The notes under the pieces: model-generated
Told to the model about the DNA's origin: nothing
Databases searched by the model: none
Seen by the model: the letters and a program-made list of their open reading frames with translations, nothing else
Made by a program: the position numbers and the translations under genes
Part shown: positions 39,242-48,836 of the stretch, piece by piece
Layout: every line of letters starts with the position of its first letter
How positions within the stretch are numbered: position 1 is the first letter of the stretch
From: an uncultured Spirochaetota bacterium
GTDB taxonomy: Bacteria > Spirochaetota > Spirochaetia > SZUA-6 > CAVTHK01
Direction: 5' to 3'
Assembly: GCA_963734495.1 (NCBI GenBank)
Contig: CAVTHK010000007.1
Location: forward strand, 1-64,000
Length of the DNA: 64,000 bases

Positions 39242-41401
39242 TCAAGACGCGGACCGCGGCCTCGCGATCCGCACGACCACGGCGTCTTTGGCCGGCACCC
39301 GCGCCCGGATGCGGCCGTTCGCCCACCGCGCCGCCGACGGCTCGCCGCGGTGGACGCGCTCGACGCCCCCGGCTTCGAAGCGCCCGGCCACCGCGACGTC
39401 CGCCTCCTGCGGGCGGCCGGACATGTTGACGATCCAGAGAAAGAGCCCTCCGGCGCCTCCGGCGCCTCCGGCGGACGAGGCGAGCCTCGCCTTGATGTCC
39501 GGGTTGTCGACCGTCGCCGCGCGCTCGACGCCGAGCCACTCGAGCAGCGCCGCGAAGAGCCTGCCGCCTTCGGCGGTCGGGCGCCGGTGGTAGGCCTGCG
39601 AAGGGCAGGTGCCGAGCAGGAGCGTCCTGCCCTTGCCAAAGGCGTTCTCGGCTGCGGCCACGGCGCCGCCGGCGAGCGAGCCGCACGGCCGCGCGGACGT
39701 CGGCCGGTAGGTCTGGAGGTATTCGCCGCAGCCAACCTCGACCCGGGGGCCGGACCCGACATTCGCCTGGAAGCTCGTCCCCGGCAGCAGGTCGGGCGTG
39801 AACTCGACGCCCGCTTCGCGCACCCCGAACACTTCGTCGAGCCCCAGGTTGGGCTGCACGTCGCCGGCCGCACCGCCGTCGCCGAAGTAGCCGGGGCAGC
39901 CTTCGCTCACGAGCCTGCCGCCCTTCTCCACCCATGACCTGATCCTCCTGGCGTCCTCGGAGCGCAGCATCAGGGGGTAAGGAAGGTAGAGGGCGGAATA
40001 GTTGTCGATGTCGTCGATGTGCACCCAGTCGGCCTGGATGTTGGCGTCGAAGAAGCCGCGGTAGGCGCCCCACATCATCGCCTTGTAGTTGTCCTCAGAG
40101 CCGAACATCGAGAGCAGCTTGGACGCTGTCTGCGCGGCGGGCACCACGACGATTCCCACGTCGCCCGGCACGGGGGCCGCTTCGAACAGCTCCGCGTGAC
40201 TCGAGTCGTTGGCCCACTTCGCGATCGAGCTCGCCATCTCCGAGCGCGGCGTCGGCAGGCCGTCCATCCCGTACGGGCCGAAAGCGCCGAACAGCGGGCC
40301 GTTGAGCAGGGGCCGCCATCGCGGGTAGAGGATCCCGCGTGCGCCCCCGGCCAGGGAGACCAGGTTCCACAAGCGGAGGTCCTCGGCCTGCGGGATCCGT
40401 CCGTCTTCGCGCGGCCGCCCGACGACCTGGGGCTGCAGCCACAACGGCCCGCCCTGCGCCTCGGCATGCCAGAACGGCTTGCCCCTCGAACCGGCGCGCG
40501 TGATGTCCACGGCGTGCCACTGCTTCCACGCCTCGCTGCCCCTGCGGCAGGCCACCCAGGTAAACCCGTACACCTGGACGTGGGACGCGGCCTCCCACTC
40601 GTCCGAGCCGCCCAACGCCATGTTGTCGATGCTCTGGCCGGTCCCGTGCGCGCAGACCAGGTTCTTCCTGTCCACGGCCCGCAGGGTGTCGATGCGCCAC
40701 TGCATCTGGCCGTAGTGGTCATCCTTGCGGAACTCCAGCCAGTCGATGCTGTCCGGGTAGAAATACAGGCTCGCGGGCGGGCGCACCCGGGCCCAGTCCG
40801 AGTAGCTGTACCTGTGCCATGCCTCTTCGAGGCGCTCGAGACTGCCGTACTTTCGCTGGAGCCACAGCCGGAATTGAGCGGCCGTGTCCTCGCACCAGCA
40901 CACGTTGTGGGGGTAGTTGCACTCGTTCCAGACGTCGTAGCCGAGGGTGGCCGGGTGCTCCTTGTACCTCTCTGCCAGCGCCCGCAGGAAGCGCCCGGTC
41001 AGGTCCCGCGCCTCCGGCTTGTCCAGGCAGAGGCCCGCGTTAAAGCCGCCGGTCGCGCTGCTCACGCCCATCTGCGTCACCGCCCGCCGCCCGTCCTTGT
41101 CCACGCACAACAGGTCGGGCCGCTCGAAGGCCAGCCATTCGGGGATGGACGTCGTGATCTCGGCGATGATCGTCTTGATGCCGTGGCGGGCGGCCAGGTC
41201 GAGGTGCGCGTCGTAGTCGTCCCAGTCGAAGCGGCCGGGCGCCCTCTCGATGCTGCCCCACATGAACCAGTGGCGGAAGATGTTCATGCCATCGCGGGCC
41301 GCCTGAGCGTAGTCACGCTCCCAGTCCTTGCGGGGCGGATTGGACTTGCGGAAGTAGACGGCGCCGTAGGGAACCTGCGGGAGCCTCGTCGTGTCGCCCA
41401 T
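39242..41401 (-). CDS. GH42-like beta-galactosidase
   Basis: YGAVY, WGSIERAPGRFDW, YDVWNE (acid/base), WHAEAQGG (nucleophile), trimerisation domain. Confidence 0.88.
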   Translation of the reverse strand: MGDTTRLPQVPYGAVYFRKSNPPRKDWERDYAQAARDGMNIFRHWFMWGSIERAPGRFDWDDYDAHLDLAARHGIKTIIAEITTSIPEWLAFERPDLLCVDKDGRRAVTQMGVSSATGGFNAGLCLDKPEARDLTGRFLRALAERYKEHPATLGYDVWNECNYPHNVCWCEDTAAQFRLWLQRKYGSLERLEEAWHRYSYSDWARVRPPASLYFYPDSIDWLEFRKDDHYGQMQWRIDTLRAVDRKNLVCAHGTGQSIDNMALGGSDEWEAASHVQVYGFTWVACRRGSEAWKQWHAVDITRAGSRGKPFWHAEAQGGPLWLQPQVVGRPREDGRIPQAEDLRLWNLVSLAGGARGILYPRWRPLLNGPLFGAFGPYGMDGLPTPRSEMASSIAKWANDSSHAELFEAAPVPGDVGIVVVPAAQTASKLLSMFGSEDNYKAMMWGAYRGFFDANIQADWVHIDDIDNYSALYLPYPLMLRSEDARRIRSWVEKGGRLVSEGCPGYFGDGGAAGDVQPNLGLDEVFGVREAGVEFTPDLLPGTSFQANVGSGPRVEVGCGEYLQTYRPTSARPCGSLAGGAVAAAENAFGKGRTLLLGTCPSQAYHRRPTAEGGRLFAALLEWLGVERAATVDNPDIKARLASSAGGAGGAGGLFLWIVNMSGRPQEADVAVAGRFEAGGVERVHRGEPSAARWANGRIRARVPAKDAVVVRIARPRSAS

Positions 41402-41409
41402 CGCCGCCC

Positions 41410-42282
41410 CTACCCTTTGACCGCGCCGACGAGGATGCCGCTCACGATGTTCTTCTGCAGCAGCAGGTACATGGTGATCAGCGGCACCACCGCGATCGTG
41501 TATGCGGCAAACGTCATCTCCCACCTCGAGCCGAACTCGCCATAAAAGTTGTACATCGCCAGCGTCACCGTCCGCTTGGATGCGTCCGAGAGCGTGAGCA
41601 TGGGGATCAGGAAGTCGTTCCAGATCCCGAGAAAGTCCAGGATGAACAGCGTCGTGATCACCGGCTTGAGCAGCGGAAAGATCAGCCGCCAGAAGATCGT
41701 GTAGACCGAGCAGCCGTCTATGACGGCGGCCTCCACGAGCTCGTTCGGCAGGGTCCTCACGAACCCGACCAGCAGGAACACCGCGAACGGCATGCCGACG
41801 CCCGTGTAAAAGACCACGAGGCCGAGCCGCGAGTTCATGAGCCCCAGGTCCTTGATCAGCTTCACGATCGGAACGAGCACCGTGTAGATCGGGATCATCA
41901 GGCCGGAGAGGAAGAGCACGTACAGGAACTCGTTGAAACGGCTCCGCTTCTTCGCGAGCGTGAACGACGCCATCGAGGCAAACAGGATCCGGAGCACGAC
42001 CGCCGCGAGGCTGATCACGATGCTGTTCAGGTACACCTTTTCGAAGCTGAGCATCGACCACACGTTCTTGAAATTCCCGAGAAAGATGGCCTTCGGGAAC
42101 GCGAGGGGCGTAAAGATGATCTCCCGCGTGGTCTTCAGCGAGATGATGATGATGGAGTAGATGGGGATAAAGTAGACCGCGACGAACACGACGGAGAAGG
42201 CCTCGAGCAGGATGAGAGGCATTCTCCTCTTGAGCAGCGCCGCCGCGCCCCGCGCCTCCCTGACGGCCGTGACGTCACGCAA
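41410..42282 (-). CDS. Carbohydrate ABC transporter permease (MalG/UgpE type)
   Basis: ELVEAAVIDGCS EAA loop, WNDFLIP. Confidence 0.95.
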   Translation of the reverse strand: MRDVTAVREARGAAALLKRRMPLILLEAFSVVFVAVYFIPIYSIIIISLKTTREIIFTPLAFPKAIFLGNFKNVWSMLSFEKVYLNSIVISLAAVVLRILFASMASFTLAKKRSRFNEFLYVLFLSGLMIPIYTVLVPIVKLIKDLGLMNSRLGLVVFYTGVGMPFAVFLLVGFVRTLPNELVEAAVIDGCSVYTIFWRLIFPLLKPVITTLFILDFLGIWNDFLIPMLTLSDASKRTVTLAMYNFYGEFGSRWEMTFAAYTIAVVPLITMYLLLQKNIVSGILVGAVKG

Positions 42283-43174
42283 TCTTCTCTTCTCCCCGCC
42301 GGAAGTACCGGAGCTGGATCAGCGACAGCACCACGATCGCGACGAACAGCACGACCCCGATCGCGGTGCCGTAGCCCGCCCGCGAGAAGTAGAACGATTC
42401 GCGGTAGATGTTCAGCGCCATGGTCATCGTGGCGGCTCCGGGACCGCCGCCGGTGAGCGCGAAGATCGAGTCGAAGTCCTTGAGGCCCCGCTCGAAGGTG
42501 AGGATCACGTTGATGGTAAAGGTCGGCGCGAGCAGCGGGATCGTGATGGCGCGGAGCCTCCGCAGCACGTTCGCACCGTCGATCGCGGCGGCCTCCTCGA
42601 GCTCGTGCGGGATGCCCTGCAGCCCGGCGAGGTAGATCATCATCGTCCAGCCCGCGGACCTCCATACCGTCACGAACGCCGCGGCGTAGATCGCGAAGGT
42701 CTGGCTGCTCAGCGCGTTGTTCGCGAGGAGCGTCCAGCCCACCAGCTTGCCGAGCTTCATGAGCGGGTCAGAGTAGAGGAAGCTCCAGATGTAGCCGACG
42801 ATCAGGCCGCTCAGGATGGAAGGCATGAAGATCAGGGCCCGCAGCACGTTCCTGGACCTCATGCTCTGGTTGAGCACGAGGGCCATGACCAGCGCGAGGA
42901 GGTTCTGCGCCACCGTGACCGTGATGGTGTACCGAAAGGTGGTGGAGATCGTCCGCAGGATGTACTGGTCGCCGAACAGCGTCCGGTAGTTCTCCGGCCC
43001 GATAAAGCTCATGCCGCGCCGGATGCCGTCCCAGTCGGTGAGGCTCACGTAGATCGCCTCGAAGAGCGGCACGATGACGAAGAGCAGGAACATCGCCAGC
43101 GCGGGGAGGTAGAGGGAGATCCACGCAAGCTCGTTCTTCACATGGTCCCTGCTGCGCAGGAGGCGACGGCTCAT
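42275..43174 (-). CDS. Carbohydrate ABC transporter permease (MalF/UgpA type)
   Basis: AGLQGIPHELEEAAAIDGA, LTGGGPG. Confidence 0.95.
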   Translation of the reverse strand: MSRRLLRSRDHVKNELAWISLYLPALAMFLLFVIVPLFEAIYVSLTDWDGIRRGMSFIGPENYRTLFGDQYILRTISTTFRYTITVTVAQNLLALVMALVLNQSMRSRNVLRALIFMPSILSGLIVGYIWSFLYSDPLMKLGKLVGWTLLANNALSSQTFAIYAAAFVTVWRSAGWTMMIYLAGLQGIPHELEEAAAIDGANVLRRLRAITIPLLAPTFTINVILTFERGLKDFDSIFALTGGGPGAATMTMALNIYRESFYFSRAGYGTAIGVVLFVAIVVLSLIQLRYFRRGEEKIA

Positions 43175-43293
43175 GAGACGCACCCTCGAATGACCTGGAT
43201 TCGCGGCGGGATACTACCACGCACCCGCGCCGCGGCTCAACGGGGGGCCGCGGCGGCCGCGGGGCCGCGGGGCCGCGGGGCCGGACGCGGGCC

Positions 43294-44148
43294 CTACGGC
43301 ACGGCCGCGCTCCATGGCACGGCGGCCAGGGGGACCGCCATGCGGACCGTCTTGAGGGGATTGACGATCTGGCTGATCCGCAGATCGCCCGCCAGGCTCA
43401 GCAGCATGCGGGCTTCGTCGTACGAAAGCGGGCTGTGGCGCGAGATCACCTGCGCCGTCTCCTCGACGGCCGCCGCGGCGGCAGCATCGAGCGATTCGGC
43501 CGACGCGATGACCATGAGCTCGCCCCCGCGCACGAGGTAAGGCCGCGACGAAAGGCCGCGCTGCAGCACCCGCACGCGCAGCGTGACCTCCGCCGCCGTC
43601 TCGATGCCCTGCCCCGAAGTCTCGCCGTCGCCCTGCAGGGTGTGCACGTCGCCCAGCGCGAGCAGCCCGCCCTGGACGCGAGCCGTCAAGTGCAGGGTGG
43701 CGCCCGCGGCGACGTCGCGCGTATCCATGTTTCCGCCGTGGTCTCCTGGCACCCGCGTGCTGCGATCCCCCTCGCCCGGCGCGACGCCGATGGTGCCGAT
43801 CATCGGGGCCGCGGCGAGCCGGACCGCCGGGTGAAAATCCACCACCCGCGAGGCCGCGCCGAAAAACCTTGGCTTGCGATGGAAGCTCAAGAACCCCTGC
43901 CCGACCGGCTCTACGGCCAGCACGTCGACGGCCAGCACCTCCCCCGGCCGGACGCCCGTGACCGCAATCGGGCCGGTGGCGGGGTTGACCTTTTCGAGCT
44001 GCGGCGCTTCCGCCATGCCGGGCCTCACTTCGCCGTTGAGAGCGTCGCGGGTCGCCACGACGAACACTTCGCCGGGCTCGACCGCGGCCGCGGGAGCCAT
44101 GTCCGGTCGGAACGACCAGATGACGGACTCGCTGCCGATTCTCCGCAT
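43294..44148 (-). CDS. Acetamidase/formamidase family protein (paralog 2)
   Basis: NPATGPI, PMIGTIGVAP, HGGNMD, GDVHTLQGDGE; AGGAGG RBS. Confidence 0.93.
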   Translation of the reverse strand: MRRIGSESVIWSFRPDMAPAAAVEPGEVFVVATRDALNGEVRPGMAEAPQLEKVNPATGPIAVTGVRPGEVLAVDVLAVEPVGQGFLSFHRKPRFFGAASRVVDFHPAVRLAAAPMIGTIGVAPGEGDRSTRVPGDHGGNMDTRDVAAGATLHLTARVQGGLLALGDVHTLQGDGETSGQGIETAAEVTLRVRVLQRGLSSRPYLVRGGELMVIASAESLDAAAAAAVEETAQVISRHSPLSYDEARMLLSLAGDLRISQIVNPLKTVRMAVPLAAVPWSAAVP

Positions 44149-44164
44149 TGATCCTCCTTGCCGC

Positions 44165-45310
44165 CTACCGCGTGTAAGGGTCCGCGGCGTCGCGCAGACC
44201 GTCACCGAGAAAGTTGAAAGCCAGCACCGCCACCACGACGAACAGGCCGGGGATGAACAGCCACGGCGCCACGACGACCGTGCGCACGTTCTGGGCCTCC
44301 TGGAGCAGGACGCCCCAGCTCACGATGGGAGGCCGCAGGCCCAGGCCGAGAAAGCTGAGCGCGGTCTCGCTCAGGATCATGTCCGGGATCGACAGCGTGA
44401 TCGAGGCGATGATGTGGCTCATAAAGGACGGCACCATGTGGCGGGCGATGATGGCCAGCTCGCTCGCGCCCGCGATGTTGGCCGCCATGATGAAGTCCTC
44501 CTCGCGCATCGCGAGAAAGCGGCCCCGGACCACGCGCGCGAGCCACGTCCAGCTGATCAGGGACAGGATCACCGTGATGCCGAAGTACACCTTGAGCGCG
44601 GACCAGTGCGGCGGAAGCGCCGCGCTGAGCGCCATCCACAGCGGGATGCTGGGCACCGAGCGCAGGAACTCGATGACGCGCTGGATGACGTCGTCGATGG
44701 CGCCGCCGTAGAATCCCGAGACTCCGCCGATGAGGATCCCCAGAACCAGGCTCAGCGTGACGCCGACCAGGCCTATCGACATGGAGATGCGTGTGCCGTA
44801 GACCACGCGCGACAGGAGGTCCCTGCCGTTGCGGTCCGACCCGAGCAGGTACATCGTCCCGCGGGGGTCCCTGATCCCGACGAGATGCAGGTCGGACTCG
44901 AAGAGGCCCCACAGCCTGTACCTGGCCCCGTGCACGAAGAAGTAGAGAGGATAGCGCGCGGCCTTGTCCGGCACGTATCGCGCCCGCAGGGTGTAGGGGT
45001 CGCGCGTCATTGCGAGCCCGTAGACGAAGGGCCTGAGATGCAGCGCCTGCCCGTCGAAGAACCGGACCCTCTGCGGCGGGGCGAAGGTGTAGTCGGCGTT
45101 GTACCGGAACGGGTCGTCCGGCGCGAGGAACTCGCAGAAAAGGGCGATCAGGTACAGCAGCGCGATCACGACGCCGCTGGCGATCGCCGGCTTGTGCCTG
45201 CGGAACTTCCACCAGATGAGCTGCCACTGGGACGCGACCAGGAGCCTCTCGCGCTCCGGGGTCGCGGCAGGCGCCTCGTCGGGACGCGCGCCTTCTTCCG
45301 ACATCGGCAT
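44165..45310 (-). CDS. Opp/Dpp-family ABC permease, DppC-like
   Basis: LGSDRNGRD, GTRISM, ETALSFLGLG, NFLGDGLRDAADP. Confidence 0.94.
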   Translation of the reverse strand: MPMSEEGARPDEAPAATPERERLLVASQWQLIWWKFRRHKPAIASGVVIALLYLIALFCEFLAPDDPFRYNADYTFAPPQRVRFFDGQALHLRPFVYGLAMTRDPYTLRARYVPDKAARYPLYFFVHGARYRLWGLFESDLHLVGIRDPRGTMYLLGSDRNGRDLLSRVVYGTRISMSIGLVGVTLSLVLGILIGGVSGFYGGAIDDVIQRVIEFLRSVPSIPLWMALSAALPPHWSALKVYFGITVILSLISWTWLARVVRGRFLAMREEDFIMAANIAGASELAIIARHMVPSFMSHIIASITLSIPDMILSETALSFLGLGLRPPIVSWGVLLQEAQNVRTVVVAPWLFIPGLFVVVAVLAFNFLGDGLRDAADPYTR

Positions 45311-45321
45311 CGTGGTCCTCC

Positions 45322-46314
45322 TCAGCGCCTTCCCTGGAAGCGTATCCGGGGGTCGAGCAGGGCGAGCAGCACGTCCGAAACGAACGTCCCTATGACGGTG
45401 AGAGTGCTGAGCATGAGGATAAAGCTCCCCGCGAGGTACATGTCCTGAGACGTCAGCGAGAACAGCAGCAGCGGTCCGGCCGTCGGCAGGCTCAGCACGA
45501 CCGACACGATCGTCGCTCCCGAGACCAGGCTCGGCAGGTACCAGCCGAGCGTGCTGACGAACGGATTCATGGCGATCCGAACGGGATATTTGAACAGCAG
45601 CTTCGACTCCGTCACGCCCTTGGCGCGCGCGGTGATGACGTACTGCTTGCGCAGCTCGTCCAGGAGGTTCGCCCGCATCACCCGGATCAGGCCCGCCGTC
45701 CCGCCCATCCCGAGGACGATCATCGGGATCCACAGGTGCTTGATGAGGTCCCACACCTTGGCGAAGCTCCACGCGGCCTCCTGGAACTCCGACGAGAACA
45801 GCCCGCCGACGCTGATCTTGAAGGTGGACAGGGACACCCACATCAGGATCAGGGCGAGCATGAAGTCGGGAATCCCGCGGCCCACAAAACCCAGGAACGT
45901 GAAGGCGTAGTCGCCAAAGGAGTACTGGTGCGTGGCCGAGTAGACCCCGACGGGGATGGCTATGATCCAGGTGAACACGAGCGTCGCGAGCGAAATGACG
46001 ATCGTGAGCAGGAGCCGCTCGCCGATGAGCTCGCTGACGGGCCTGTTGCGCTGAAACGACATGCCGAAGTCGCCGTGCAGGACGCCCCAGATCCACTTGG
46101 CGAACTGCACGTACCACGGCTGATCGAGCCCGTAGCGCTCCCGCAGCGCGTCGATCTCCGACTGGTCGACGACGGTTCCCCTGCTCTGGAGCTGAGCGAT
46201 GTAGGAGGTCAGGTAGTCTCCGGGGGGAAGCTGGATGATCACGAAGCTGATGATCACGATGGCGATCATCGTCGGGATCAGCAGGAGCACCCGTCGCGCA
46301 AGGAAACGCAGCAT
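45322..46314 (-). CDS. Opp/Dpp-family ABC permease, DppB-like
   Basis: LPPGD, YGLDQP, GDFGMS, TARAKG, LDPRI. Confidence 0.95.
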   Translation of the reverse strand: MLRFLARRVLLLIPTMIAIVIISFVIIQLPPGDYLTSYIAQLQSRGTVVDQSEIDALRERYGLDQPWYVQFAKWIWGVLHGDFGMSFQRNRPVSELIGERLLLTIVISLATLVFTWIIAIPVGVYSATHQYSFGDYAFTFLGFVGRGIPDFMLALILMWVSLSTFKISVGGLFSSEFQEAAWSFAKVWDLIKHLWIPMIVLGMGGTAGLIRVMRANLLDELRKQYVITARAKGVTESKLLFKYPVRIAMNPFVSTLGWYLPSLVSGATIVSVVLSLPTAGPLLLFSLTSQDMYLAGSFILMLSTLTVIGTFVSDVLLALLDPRIRFQGRR

Positions 46315-46323
46315 CGGCCCTCC

Positions 46324-48808
46324 CTACCCGTCCAGGCCGGCCCAGCCGCGGAGCCCGCCGTCGTCGGTGATCTCGAGCCGCCCGCCGGCCCCGCGCGCCT
46401 CGTACCGCTCGCGCGCCGTCGCGTACGCGCGCTCGACCTCCCACGGCGGCAGGACCGCGTTCCGCGCGTCCACCAGTCCGGACAGCCGCACCAGCCGCGG
46501 GGCAAGAGCCGAGACCAGGTCCGGCAGATCGAAGTGCTCGAGCGCACCCGGCACGACCACGGAGCTCTCCCGGTCGCCCTGGATCCATAGCGGGAACGGG
46601 TCGGCGACGAGGCGCCCGTAGGAGACGAGCGAGCCGCGGATGGACAGCGCGCCGACACGCTCGCTCAGCACGGCGGCGAACAGGCCCCACAGCCCCGCCG
46701 CGCCCTCGCCGATCAACGCCACGCGCCCGCTGTGGCCCTGAATCTCGAGCGCCCGTACGGCGGTCAGGATGTCGAGCACATACTGGCCGATCAGCGGCCT
46801 GCCCACGGCGAGCGCGTCGTGGGTCCGGCGGGTCTCGCGTGTCGAGATGCCGAACCTCACCTCATCCTCCAGGGGCGCCGTCTCGCCGCAGCCGCGGACC
46901 GCGAGCCCGGCCACGACGCGGCCTTCGCGAAGCAGATCCTCGACGCCCTCCGCGCCCGCGAGGAGCTCGCCCCCGGCAGGCGGACGGTCGCGCACGAAGA
47001 GCACCGGACGGCCGAAGACCGATCCCCTGGGGCTCGTACACCTCCAGCCGGAGGGGAAGTCCCGCCTCGGCCTCGACCGACAGCTTCCTGACCACCCACG
47101 CCTCGCCGTCGACCTCGCCCGCCGCCTCGATCTTCGGCGTTGCCGGCGGGTCTCCCGGACGGAGGCAGTCGCGGAGCCGCCCGCGGACCTCGCGGCAGTA
47201 CTCGAACCAGCCGCCGCAGCTCGCGGGCGTCGGCCGCCGCGAAGCCGCGGCCGCCGCTGACTTCTCCAGGAGCGAGTGGACGGTCTCGCTGCCGAACTCC
47301 TCGACCATGCTCGAGCTGGACGCGACGTCCAGCGGAGTCGGCTGCCTCCGCCCGCCGGGGCCGACCGAGGAGGGCAGAAGGTCGGAGTGCGTCTCTCCAA
47401 TGCCCGCCTCAGGATCGCCGAGCTCCCGGTTGAACGTCCAGTAGACGAGCTGCCGCACGGAGTCGGAGCAGTGGAACCCCTGAATGACGGCCATCGAAAC
47501 CCTGTCTCCGAGACCCAGGCGATCATAGATGCCTTTCAGCTCGCGGTAGACCAGCTGCGTGCACCATACCGGCTGGGCGTCATGGCTCGCGATCTCGAGG
47601 ACGAGCGCCCGCGGCGCGATCAGGGCCGCGACTGCCGTGTAGCTCAGCCCCTCGGAGAGCAGCGTGAGCGGGAAGGTCTCCTCCGTCAGGAACGATTCGC
47701 CGCCCCGCCTGTTGTGGCCCGCGTGGGGTCCGATCATGACGGCCGCCGTGTCGTAGATCATGGACATGCAGAGCGCCGCTTTGACCCGCTCGTCGAGCGC
47801 GGCGACGTAGAGGCTCTGACCTCCCCCTCCCGAGCACCCCCAGATTCCGATGCGGGCGGGGTCCACCTCCGGCCGCGCGCTCAGATAGTCGATCGCCCTG
47901 ATTCCGTCCCAGAGGAAATACCGCGTGAGCGACTGCCCGAGCAGGATGGCGTTGAGCGCCTCCAGGTGATGCGCATACCCGGACCCGTTGTAGTGCATGT
48001 CCGCGGTCGTCCAGGGCGACCCGTCCCAGCCCATCTCGTTCTGTCCCGGTGGGTCGATCTGGAGCGTCACGAACCCTTTGCGGACCAGGTTGACGTTTGC
48101 CATCTGCACGAGCTGCGGCTCGCTCTTGGCGGCCACGGAATGGCCGCAGACCCCGAGGATCGCGGGAGCAGGGCGCGAGAGGCCTTTGGGCAGGTACAGA
48201 TTCCCGGGAACGTAGAAACCGGGGAAGCTCTGAAAGACCACGTTCTCGATCACATAGCTCCCGCGGTCGATCACCCGCAGCGTCCGCGCCTCCAGCGGCG
48301 TCTTCTCGGGCAGCCCGCCGAGCCCCGCGATCAGCCTCTCTCTGATCCTCTGCTGGTAGGCCCTAAGAGTCTCCAGGCCGTCTATGGCGGCGCGCTCCGC
48401 CTTCTGCGCGGCGTCGAGCCCGCGCGCCTTCTCTGTCAGGAAATCCTTGAACGGGGCTCCGGACGGCGCGACCCCGGGCACCGGCACCTCGGTGGAAAAC
48501 AGCAGCTGTTTCCACGGGCCGGATTCGGCGCCTGAACCGCTTTGTACGCGCAGATAGTACCCGAAGCCCGGGCTCAGGTCATCGAGCCGGACCTCGTGCT
48601 CGCGCCGGGCGGCGGGATCCGACCCGCGCCGCCCGTAGACGAGCTCCGGCCCGAGGACGATCCGCTCGTTGTCGCGGCGGTCCGAAGCGCCGTAGTCCAG
48701 GACCGTCGCGAGCTCCCAGCGCGCGTCCGACGGAGCCTCCGTCCGCCAGCGGACGACGGCGTGCGTCGCGCCGACCTCCGCGAGGTGCAGTCCCGCGATC
48801 CCGGTCAT
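46324..48808 (-). CDS. FN3-like domain plus tandem alpha/beta-hydrolase (acetylxylan esterase-like); frameshift near 47020
   Basis: N-terminal AVVRWRT...HEVRLDDLSPG..YYLRV; VPGNLYLP, CGHS, WDGIRAIDYL, GCSGGG; second domain with GEGAAG and FDLPDL. Confidence 0.85.
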
Positions 48809-48836
48809 GCTTCGGGCACGGCCCCGGAAGCGTACG

